A stretch of DNA of 64,000 nt from Bdellovibrionales bacterium (GTDB taxonomy: Bacteria > Bdellovibrionota > Bdellovibrionia > Bdellovibrionales > UBA1609), in contig JBOEFV010000048.1 in NCBI GenBank assembly GCA_050633065.1, positions 9,970-73,969 of the forward strand, written 5' to 3'. This document shows positions 1-7,538 of this stretch, piece by piece. How positions within the stretch are numbered: the stretch's first letter is position 1; the number at the start of each line of letters is the position of its first letter. Made by a program: the position numbers and the translations under genes. The notes below the pieces were generated by a model. The model had not been told where the DNA came from, made no database searches, and worked only from the letters and a program-made list of their open reading frames with translations.

Positions 1-162
1 TTACACCAGTATTGGCAAAAATCCCTGTCTCAGGAGCAAATTAGAGGGGTTTTGGACATGAAGGACCGCTCTAAGGCCTTTGGTACAGCTCCAGCCCTTG
101 GACTTCGCCTTCATAGAGTTAAATACCCAGCAGAACTTGACAAAAAGTGCATCAAATCATAG
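1..162 (+). CDS. 3' end of an unidentified CDS cut by the window edge
   Basis: Frame 1 is open from base 1 to TAG at 160-162. Hand translation: ...YWQKSLSQEQIRGVLDMKDRSKAFGTAPALGLRLHRVKYPAELDKKCIKS*. It is below the ORF-track length cutoff and I recognise no family. Confidence 0.3.
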   Translation, partial: LHQYWQKSLSQEQIRGVLDMKDRSKAFGTAPALGLRLHRVKYPAELDKKCIKS

Positions 163-191
163 ATCATGAGTTTCGTTTTGAACGAATTTAA

Positions 192-210
192 GCCTAATCA
201 CGTATTAGGC
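192..210 (+). promoter_or_regulatory. Hairpin in the rplM 5' leader (GCCTAAT-cacgt-ATTAGGC)
   Basis: Perfect 7-bp inverted repeat read directly, 24 nt upstream of the rplM ATG and just before the SD AGGAG at 226-230. A smaller hairpin, TTCGTT-ttg-AACGAA, lies at 172-186. Confidence 0.3.
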
Positions 211-233
211 GCATATTACAATGGCAGGAGCAT

Positions 234-671
234 ATGAAAACTTGGAACGCAAAACCAAATGAAATTGAGAGAAAGTGGTGGATTGTAGACGCTACTGGAA
301 AGACTTTAGGTAGACTTTCAACAGAGATCGCACAAACTCTTAGAGGAAAAAATAAACCTCAGTACACACCACATGTAGACACTGGTGATTTCGTAGTTGT
401 GATCAACTCTGAGAAAATCAAAGTAAACGGTAAGAAAGCTGAACAAAAAACTTACTTCAGACACACTGGTTATTTTGGTGGAATCAAAGAGACTTCTTAT
501 AAAGAAATGCTTGAAAAGAATCCTGACAGAATTATCACTAAAGCTGTTGAAGGTATGCTTCCAAAGAATATACTATCATCACAAATCATTAAAAAATTAA
601 AAGTATACGCTGGTTCAGAGCACCCACACGCTGCTCAAAAACCTGAACTACTTACACTTAAGGAGTCTTAA
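234..671 (+). CDS. rplM: 50S ribosomal protein L13 (uL13)
   Basis: 145 aa. The N-terminus [21 protein letters not shown] is typical of uL13. SD AGGAG at 226-230; rpsI follows 3 nt later, as in the conserved rplM-rpsI operon. Confidence 0.97.
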   Translation: MKTWNAKPNEIERKWWIVDATGKTLGRLSTEIAQTLRGKNKPQYTPHVDTGDFVVVINSEKIKVNGKKAEQKTYFRHTGYFGGIKETSYKEMLEKNPDRIITKAVEGMLPKNILSSQIIKKLKVYAGSEHPHAAQKPELLTLKES

Positions 672-674
672 TCT

Positions 675-1064
675 ATGTCTAACGTTTTTTATGCAACTGG
701 AAGAAGAAAGACTAGTGCCGCTAGAGTTTTCCTAAAAGAAGGATCTGGTAAAATTGTTATTAATGGTAAAAAATTAGAAGACTACGTAGTTGACCCTGTA
801 AGAAGACAACTTGTACTTCAGCCATTTGAAGTGACTAGTACTAAAGGTCAATTTGATGCATTCGTAACTGTTAAAGGTGGCGGACTTACTGGACAAGCTG
901 GTGCTGTGAGACACGGTATCTCAAGAGCTCTTTCTGGAGTTGATGAAACTCACAGACCACCTCTTAAAGCTGTTGGCCTTCTTACTCGTGACCCTAGAAT
1001 GGTTGAGAGAAAAAAGTACGGTTTACACAAAGCCAGAAAAGCTACTCAGTTCTCAAAGCGTTAA
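675..1064 (+). CDS. rpsI: 30S ribosomal protein S9 (uS9)
   Basis: 129 aa. Contains [12 protein letters not shown] and GGG.TGQAGA.RHGI.RAL and ends in the conserved ..FSKR. Confidence 0.97.
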   Translation: MSNVFYATGRRKTSAARVFLKEGSGKIVINGKKLEDYVVDPVRRQLVLQPFEVTSTKGQFDAFVTVKGGGLTGQAGAVRHGISRALSGVDETHRPPLKAVGLLTRDPRMVERKKYGLHKARKATQFSKR

Positions 1065-1093
1065 TATTTCGCCTTATAAAAGAACTAATTTTG

Positions 1094-1122
1094 AAAGCCT
1101 CTCAATTTGGGAGGCTTTTTTT
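1094..1122 (+). terminator. Rho-independent terminator of rplM-rpsI
   Basis: AAAGCCTC (1094-1101), 9-nt loop, GAGGCTTT (1111-1118), running into a 7-T tract (1116-1122). It starts 30 nt after the rpsI stop. Confidence 0.75.
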
Positions 1123-1271
1123 ATTTAAACTCACATATCAATAAACTGGATACTTAAAATACAGGCGTATAGATTTTCATCGCTTTTACCCACTAAATCC
1201 CCTCAAAAAGAAATAAACCACACCTCACAGGCACTGTTCTTGCTAATTTAGCCCTGAAAGTGGGACTGCTA

Positions 1272-2309
1272 ATGCATTTTAAACAAATTAGTAAAAAAGT
1301 ATTTTTAATAAACTTAACCCTTGGCTTATTTTTCTCTCTCCATGCTTTTGGGGGCCCTTACTGCGCAAGTTTTTTAATCGGAGAGCCCAGAGCTGTAGGA
1401 GAGCCTATGGTTTTAGAGGCTAATGACTCTTTGCCCCCTAGGAACTCAGTTTATTCTTTCACCTTTGAGTCCATGTCTGAGAATAACAGCAGCGTAGTTA
1501 TGCGCTTACTTGCCAGAGCGAACTTTCGCCATGAACTACCCCGAGAAGAGAGACAACTTAATTTTGCAGAGACTCTTCAAGAGCGCATTAACCCTGAAAC
1601 AAATTCTGTAACAAAACGTATCTACCCAGGAGAAGAACTTAAGCAAACTCCATTCTATTATCTTAGGTGGTCTCTTAAAGAAGTTAAGGAAGATGGCTCC
1701 GTTGTTTTTGAACTTGGCGCAGCCACAGAGAATAGAGCTGAACCTCATAAAACTTCTCTTGAAGCTTTATATGACACAATCCAACGACAGTATGACGAAC
1801 GAGATGCAAAAAAAGCTCTTGAGGCAAGACAAATGCGGGAAACTATTGAAAGAGCAAAGAGAAATGGAATCCCTGAACTTGTTGCAGAGATGAACGCCGA
1901 AAGAGCCCGTCGCTTTAAAGGCGCTCAAGAAGCTGTAGAAAGAAGAGATTGGTTATTAGAGAATGCTGTGGCTGAGGTTACGATCAAAGAGAATGAATCT
2001 TTACCAGAGGCGCCTTCTGGCCATAAGTGGATTCTTGCAAGCGTGATGCAAACATCTCCATTACAAGGCCGCTATGTCTTAATTAAAGATACCGCAAACC
2101 AAAGCCAGGCAAGAGCTGAAAGACCACTATCTGAATTTGATAAGGCTCAAGCGGAAATTGACTCTGCAATGAGAGAAATTGACGATGCAGCACGAGATAT
2201 TGAAAGGCAAGCCGCTGAGATTAGAGACACCTCTAAAAACGGCCCTAATCTACTTGGACGCTTTGGTGACATGCTCGGGATCTATATAGGCCACCCAACA
2301 AGAAGGTAA
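1272..2309 (+). CDS. Secreted coiled-coil-rich hypothetical protein
   Basis: The ORF track starts at GTG 1260; I prefer ATG 1272. That start gives the signal-like N-terminus MHFKQISKKVFLINLTLGLFFSLHAFG. The C-terminal half is charged and helical (..RQAAEIRD). No family recognised. Confidence 0.55.
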   Translation: MHFKQISKKVFLINLTLGLFFSLHAFGGPYCASFLIGEPRAVGEPMVLEANDSLPPRNSVYSFTFESMSENNSSVVMRLLARANFRHELPREERQLNFAETLQERINPETNSVTKRIYPGEELKQTPFYYLRWSLKEVKEDGSVVFELGAATENRAEPHKTSLEALYDTIQRQYDERDAKKALEARQMRETIERAKRNGIPELVAEMNAERARRFKGAQEAVERRDWLLENAVAEVTIKENESLPEAPSGHKWILASVMQTSPLQGRYVLIKDTANQSQARAERPLSEFDKAQAEIDSAMREIDDAARDIERQAAEIRDTSKNGPNLLGRFGDMLGIYIGHPTRR

Positions 2310-2311
2310 AC

Positions 2312-3160
2312 ATGAACCTTATACTCTTTATTTTTATATCATTTGGAATTACTCAAGCTGCCTTCTCTCAGTCATTAAGCTCATTTAAGAACAGTGCTTT
2401 TTCTCACGAGCGTGTTTTAGAAAGCAGGCACAATCGAGCTTTTCAGGTGATTGATTATGATGAAATGAGAGACGTTAACGGCAGAGATGAAATCCCTGTA
2501 AAAAGAGCACTTCCAAGCAGAGTGGAGCTTTTACCTGAGAACTATTACATTAAAACCCGAATAGCCGGTGTAAGCACACACCAGGCCGGGGCCATTAACA
2601 GCGCCTCTTTTGCTGTGATCTTTATTCATGGAGCCGGTGGAAATAAAGATTTAGGTTTTGATGATTGGACATTTAGTGGAAACTTCAATCGCTTAAAAAA
2701 TTTAACCGTTAGAAATAAAGGCGTATACCTTAGCCCAACTGCCCGCTTAAACTCTTCAGGAGCTAATGCTATTGGGAGAATGATTAAACGCCTTCACCAC
2801 CAAAACTCTCAAATGAAAATTGTTTTATCTTGCGGCTCTGCTGGAGGACTTGTTTGCTGGACTCTTGCAAAATCATCCGAATATTCAAAGCTTCTTTCAG
2901 GATTAGTTTTTTTAGGAACTGCTGTGAATATGCCTGAAGAAAATATTCCTTATATAGACGATCAAAAACCTATTATTTTTGCACACGGGAGCAAGGACTC
3001 TGTTCTTCCTTGGCAACATCTAAAACAAAGCTTTGATGAAATCAGAGCAAGCTACCAAAACTATCCCATTAAATACTTTCTTTATAATGGTGGAATTCAT
3101 GGGACTCCTATTCGTACGATTGATTGGAGAGAGGGCTTAAATTGGATTTTTAAGCACTAA
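2312..3160 (+). CDS. Secreted alpha/beta-hydrolase-fold protein (esterase/peptidase-like)
   Basis: Signal peptide MNLILFIFISFGITQAAFS. FIHGAGGNKD is oxyanion-like, LSCGSAGG is nucleophile-elbow-like, and AHGSKDSVLP and GGIHG could supply Asp and His. Starts 2 nt after the upstream stop. Confidence 0.6.
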   Translation: MNLILFIFISFGITQAAFSQSLSSFKNSAFSHERVLESRHNRAFQVIDYDEMRDVNGRDEIPVKRALPSRVELLPENYYIKTRIAGVSTHQAGAINSASFAVIFIHGAGGNKDLGFDDWTFSGNFNRLKNLTVRNKGVYLSPTARLNSSGANAIGRMIKRLHHQNSQMKIVLSCGSAGGLVCWTLAKSSEYSKLLSGLVFLGTAVNMPEENIPYIDDQKPIIFAHGSKDSVLPWQHLKQSFDEIRASYQNYPIKYFLYNGGIHGTPIRTIDWREGLNWIFKH

Positions 3161-3267
3161 ATCTTGATGACAATTTTTGTTATAAGCCCTGTATAATTTT
3201 ACACCTAAGGCTACCTATCACCATAAGAACTTGATAAAGCTGGCCTCATATTTGCTTTAGATCTCAC

Positions 3268-4215
3268 ATGAAACAAATAACTATTTTTACATTAAGTGCA
3301 TTATTCATTTCGCAAACGTCCTTTGCAATTTCTCGAACACAGTATCTAGAGGGAATGTTTGACTCCCCTATTGTACAAAGAGATCACCGCAGGGTTGCCA
3401 CAAAAAAGCAGGCTAGTTTAAACTCAGCCCTTAGAACCTTAAGCGGGCTGAAAAGACAAATTCGAGATGCTGCAAATAAGTTCGGTATTGACCCTATGCA
3501 TATCGCCGGTGCTATCGCCGGAGAGCACGCTCTTAATGTTGGAACAGCCGATCACTTACAAGATAAAAATATTCAAAGACGCATGACTAATGAGTGGGTT
3601 GACCAGGACGCTGACAATGCACTTTTTGCAGAGATGTCTCTACCCCAATATAATGAGTGTAGATCAATAAATTCTGACTATGATTTTTGGTATTGCGTTG
3701 TAAACACATGGTATCAGAAAAAAAATGGCGGCCTTATACACGCCTTTACCCCACAAAACGGCGCATACAAAGCCTTTAATAAAACATACTTTAACCCTAA
3801 CGGTGTTGGAAAATCTTTTGGACTAGGGCAATTAAGCCCACTAAGAGCCTTAATGGTTAGTGATATGGTTTCTAGAGCCACCAACATTCCAAGAATAAGC
3901 TTTAGACGTAACGGCAATAGCCACCAAGCCTACAGTGATATTCTTACAAATGAGCGTGTTGTCTACTATACAGCCGCAACAATTAAAAAAAGTATCCAAG
4001 CATATGCTCAAATCGCTAGGTTTGATATTTCAAACAACCCCGGTGTTGTTGCAACCTTATACAATATTGGTAACGAGCGCTTTCATGCAAAGAATAGACA
4101 GCGCGACAACCTAAGACGCATTCAGAATAATCAAAGCCTTTCTACTCCAGAATCAAATTCTTTTGGCCGCTGGGTTTTACAAAATCAAGGTATTATTAGA
4201 GAGGCTATTAGGTAG
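3268..4215 (+). CDS. Secreted hypothetical protein with possible lytic-transglycosylase-like motifs
   Basis: Signal peptide MKQITIFTLSALFISQTSFA. FGIDPMHIAGAIAGEHALN, SFGLGQLSP and ATLYNIG resemble the SLT motifs E-S / GLMQ / AYNxG, but the spacing between them is much longer than usual. Confidence 0.45.
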   Translation: MKQITIFTLSALFISQTSFAISRTQYLEGMFDSPIVQRDHRRVATKKQASLNSALRTLSGLKRQIRDAANKFGIDPMHIAGAIAGEHALNVGTADHLQDKNIQRRMTNEWVDQDADNALFAEMSLPQYNECRSINSDYDFWYCVVNTWYQKKNGGLIHAFTPQNGAYKAFNKTYFNPNGVGKSFGLGQLSPLRALMVSDMVSRATNIPRISFRRNGNSHQAYSDILTNERVVYYTAATIKKSIQAYAQIARFDISNNPGVVATLYNIGNERFHAKNRQRDNLRRIQNNQSLSTPESNSFGRWVLQNQGIIREAIR

Positions 4216-4217
4216 AC

Positions 4218-4625
4218 TCACATTTCATCAGGGTAGTTTTGCTCATCATATTCAACTGCTTCATACTCTTCCGGTGACTCTTCTCCAATCATCGGTTCAT
4301 ACTCCCCTTCATCATCCGCATACTCTGTAACTTCTTCAGGAATTTCAGGCTCAACAGGGGTGTCATCCAAATCTGAAACTATAGGCTCATCTTCAACTTC
4401 TGGAAACTCTTCTTCTATAACCTCTTCAGTAGGTTCAGACTCAGGAGCACTTTCTTCAACCCCTTCTTCATACCCAAATTCTTCTTCAAAAGTTTCTTCA
4501 GGCTCTTCTTCTGGAGCAAGATCCTCATAAACTTCTTCTTCGTATTTTTCTTTTTCACCACAGCCATAAGAGCATCCAAATAAAAAAGAAACCAAAACGA
4601 GTGAAAGAATCTGCTTAAACTTCAT
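4218..4625 (-). CDS. Hyper-acidic Glu/Asp/Pro-rich lipoprotein
   Basis: Lipobox LVSFLFGCS. The rest is low-complexity E/D/P-rich sequence (..EEEPEETFEEEFGYEEGVEE..). Starts 15 nt after the M23 gene stop on the same strand. Confidence 0.6.
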   Translation of the reverse strand: MKFKQILSLVLVSFLFGCSYGCGEKEKYEEEVYEDLAPEEEPEETFEEEFGYEEGVEESAPESEPTEEVIEEEFPEVEDEPIVSDLDDTPVEPEIPEEVTEYADDEGEYEPMIGEESPEEYEAVEYDEQNYPDEM

Positions 4626-4640
4626 CGACGCCCTTTTAGA

Positions 4641-5645
4641 TTAATTTGATAAAATGTATTTTTCTGGATTTACAGGAACTCCGTTTAAACGAACTTCATA
4701 ATGCAGGTGAGGCCCTGATGAACGCCCCGTATTTCCCACTTCGGCAATCAAGTCCCAACGATTAATTTTCTGCCCTGTTTTAACAAGTAGTCTTGATGTA
4801 TGCGCAAAGCGCGTCACAAGGCCGTAGCCGTGATCTATTGATACAATTTTACCGTATCCACCTTCACGCCCCGCAAAAGAAACTGTGCCGTCTGCAGGAG
4901 CATAGATTGGCGTTCCAATGTTTGCAGCAAAGTCCATTCCTTTATGAAGCTTTTTTCTTTTTGTGAACGGATCAGTTCTATATCCAAAACCTGATGACAA
5001 CCAACCACCAGTTGGTCTCACACTTGGAGTTGCACTTAACAAATCTCTTTGAGAAGCAATTCTTTCAAATAAAAGTGTCACTTCTCTTTCAACTCTTTTT
5101 GCTTTAACTGATGTTTTTTCAAAACTTAGTGTCAAATCCGCCTGATCTAGCGGGTTCATAAATGAATAACTTGTCTTACTTGTTTTAAAAACTGGAAACC
5201 ATGAGCCACCAGTCTTACGCTTTGGAATTCTATCTTCCATAGTTTGAGTGCTAAGACTTGATGGGCTTCTCTCATCACCCTCTTCAATAAGAGGAGTTCC
5301 TAAACTTAATTCAAGTTGCTTTTCGTGTTCTTCGCCCGTTGCTGTAATCGCCTGAAGCTTTCTTGAGAACCTATTGATCTTTTCTAAATCAACTTGAACA
5401 GCTTCCATTTTTTCAGAATAGCCCTTCACCTGAGCTTTTAAGTCTTCATTCTGTACTTTTAAGAATTTGTTTTTAGACTCTTTAACAAGCAGTTGTGAGT
5501 AATCAAACGCCACAAAGCCCAAGAGGCCTCCAAAAAGTAGAGTCATACCTGTAACAAAGGCCAGCCAAGACTTAGAAAATGTAAGCGTACGAGTGCTTAA
5601 CTTATTGTTTGATGTGACTACTACTGTGATCTGCTCTTGTGACAT
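4641..5645 (-). CDS. M23 family metallopeptidase, membrane-anchored with a coiled-coil N-terminal region
   Basis: HKGMDFA (HxxxD) and GPHLHYEV (HxH) zinc and catalytic motifs are intact. N-terminal TM segment WLAFVTGMTLLFGGLLGFVAF. Confidence 0.85.
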   Translation of the reverse strand: MSQEQITVVVTSNNKLSTRTLTFSKSWLAFVTGMTLLFGGLLGFVAFDYSQLLVKESKNKFLKVQNEDLKAQVKGYSEKMEAVQVDLEKINRFSRKLQAITATGEEHEKQLELSLGTPLIEEGDERSPSSLSTQTMEDRIPKRKTGGSWFPVFKTSKTSYSFMNPLDQADLTLSFEKTSVKAKRVEREVTLLFERIASQRDLLSATPSVRPTGGWLSSGFGYRTDPFTKRKKLHKGMDFAANIGTPIYAPADGTVSFAGREGGYGKIVSIDHGYGLVTRFAHTSRLLVKTGQKINRWDLIAEVGNTGRSSGPHLHYEVRLNGVPVNPEKYILSN

Positions 5646-5668
5646 TCTCTTCTACCTTGCTGCGTCAA

Positions 5669-6400
5669 TCATGATTCAACCTCAACAAAAAGGCAAGTCA
5701 CATTGTCGTCTCCCCCATTGTTATTGGCTTCTAAGACAGAGTCATCCACAAAAGTATCCATTGATCCAGTCGAAATTCGGTTCTGAATCCATGTGTCTGT
5801 AACTAGACCATGGAGCCCGTCAGAGCAAAGGAGGTACTTTTCACCAACCTGAAGCTCCCGGTAAAAGATATCTACATTAACCTCTGGGGCAAAGCCCACA
5901 CTCCTTGTGATCACGTTTTTACCTTGAACATGCTCTAAATCAGCCTCCTGGATCACACCAGACCTCAATTGCTCATTCACCCAAGAGTGATCCTCTGTAA
6001 CCTTCCAAAGTAGGTCGTTTTTGAACACATATGCCCTAGAATCCCCTACATTAGCGATATACGCGACTTTTTCATAAATAAAGAGGGCCACCATTGTGGT
6101 CCCCATACCATGAAGGTCATCTCCCCCTGGTTTATTCGCTTCAAGGTAAACCGCTTGAGTGGCTTCTTCAAAACCTCGCCTTAAAAGCTCCATAGGGCTG
6201 TGAACACCTGCAGCCAGTGCTTCCTGAACCACCCTTTGAATGGCTTCACAGGCCATTCTTGAGGCAACTTCACCGCCTTTATGCCCCCCCATGCCGTCTG
6301 CCACGACAAAGAGCTTGCTTTTTGAGTCCATCAAAATGCTATCTTGATTGATTTTCCGCTTCTGCCCAATGTCAGTTTTTCCAGATACTTTTAAACGCAT
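5669..6400 (-). CDS. PP2C-family Ser/Thr protein phosphatase
   Basis: TDIGQKRKINQD, VVADGMGGHKGGEVAS, ANVGDSRAY, LLCSDGL and GGDDNVT are all present, so the metal-binding Asp set is intact. The ORF track starts at 6505; I prefer the internal ATG at 6400 (MRLKVSGKTD..). That start matches the family N-terminus and removes the overlap with the divergent gene. Confidence 0.85.
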   Translation of the reverse strand: MRLKVSGKTDIGQKRKINQDSILMDSKSKLFVVADGMGGHKGGEVASRMACEAIQRVVQEALAAGVHSPMELLRRGFEEATQAVYLEANKPGGDDLHGMGTTMVALFIYEKVAYIANVGDSRAYVFKNDLLWKVTEDHSWVNEQLRSGVIQEADLEHVQGKNVITRSVGFAPEVNVDIFYRELQVGEKYLLCSDGLHGLVTDTWIQNRISTGSMDTFVDDSVLEANNNGGDDNVTCLFVEVES

Positions 6401-6488
6401 AATGTAAAGATTAAATGAATATTGTAACCTTTCCAAGTGAGAAAAACTCGCCTTTAAAAGAGTTCTATTGTATCCGATACTATAAGTG

Positions 6489-7436
6489 ATGAAAAAAGAT
6501 GCCAAAAAACTAATTTTTCTAGTGCTAGCCTCTATAATGCTGCATTTAGGCGCTTTTTACACCATCGCAACTTTTAGTGACTTCATCTTTTATAATGAGC
6601 TCAAAAGACTTCTTGATCACAAAATTGTTGATAAAACCAAAGACCTTTCAACACAAATTGAGCTCGTTGATTTAGACAAAAAACAAGTTGTTGATCAGAG
6701 TAAAAATTCCATAAACGATGAAGCACCAAAAGACTCAAAATTCTTAAGTGTTAATGACCAAACCGTTAAAAAAGAAACCAAAGCTCAAAACAATGGAGCT
6801 TTTCAAAACAGTAAGCAACGCCCTGCTCAAATGTCTGTGACAGCTTCTAAGGCCATGATCTCAGCAGAAGCACTATTGATTAAGCCTGCACACCAAACAA
6901 AGAGCGCTCCTGTAAAAAAGGATTTTGGCTTACAAGGTTTAAAAAGCTCTTTAAATCAAAACACTATTGCACAAAGACGAATGAAGTTCTTAAAAACTCT
7001 AGCTTCACAAGAGAGTGAAAGTGCTATGAAGCCTGTAGGGCCCAGCCAAACTGATGATGACCTTGAGGGTATTGAAGACGGCGAGTTCACTCTTTTAAAC
7101 ACTCGACGCACAAAGTACTTTTCTTTTTACTCAAGAATTAAAGGGCAGCTTAGAAGCCACTGGAATCCACTCATTCGTGAAGAAGTCTCTTTTATTTACG
7201 CCACAAAAAGAAGCCCTGCAGCCATCGGGAAAAAGCGAACTTCTGTTCAAATCACTCTTGATAAAGATGGCTATCTTGAAGAAATTGCTCTTTTAAAAAC
7301 CTCTGGAAACAAGGCCATTGATACGGCCGCGATTCAAGCACTCAGGCTTGCAGCGCCCTTCCCCAACCCTCCAAAAGGAATGAGGGGAAAAGATAAGAAA
7401 ATCCGCATTTTTTGGGACTTTGTGTTAGAAACATAA
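6489..7436 (+). CDS. TonB C-terminal-domain membrane protein
   Basis: N-terminal TM segment LIFLVLASIMLHLGAFYTIATF. The C-terminus ..VQITLDKDGYLEEIALLKTSGNKAIDTAAIQALRLAAPFPNPP is typical of TonB_C-type domains. Start could be GTG 6486 or ATG 6489. Confidence 0.6.
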   Translation: MKKDAKKLIFLVLASIMLHLGAFYTIATFSDFIFYNELKRLLDHKIVDKTKDLSTQIELVDLDKKQVVDQSKNSINDEAPKDSKFLSVNDQTVKKETKAQNNGAFQNSKQRPAQMSVTASKAMISAEALLIKPAHQTKSAPVKKDFGLQGLKSSLNQNTIAQRRMKFLKTLASQESESAMKPVGPSQTDDDLEGIEDGEFTLLNTRRTKYFSFYSRIKGQLRSHWNPLIREEVSFIYATKRSPAAIGKKRTSVQITLDKDGYLEEIALLKTSGNKAIDTAAIQALRLAAPFPNPPKGMRGKDKKIRIFWDFVLET

Positions 7437-7538
7437 GCTCAAATCCCTCCCTTAAACTCATATAAAACACAAAGATTGACTTAATCACCACTTACCGTTT
7501 GGATACTTTTTTACTACTGAAAAACACGGAGAACACAT

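Noticed and set aside
940-1128. 62-aa + strand ORF overlapping the 3' half of rpsI in another frame
   Set aside because: It lies inside a confidently identified ribosomal protein gene and runs through its terminator, so it is a chance ORF.
3164-3197. TTGATG ... TATAAT promoter-like hexamers upstream of the 3268 gene
   Set aside because: The spacer is 22 nt, too long for a sigma-70-type promoter, and the alternative -35 candidates give spacers of 9-11 nt.
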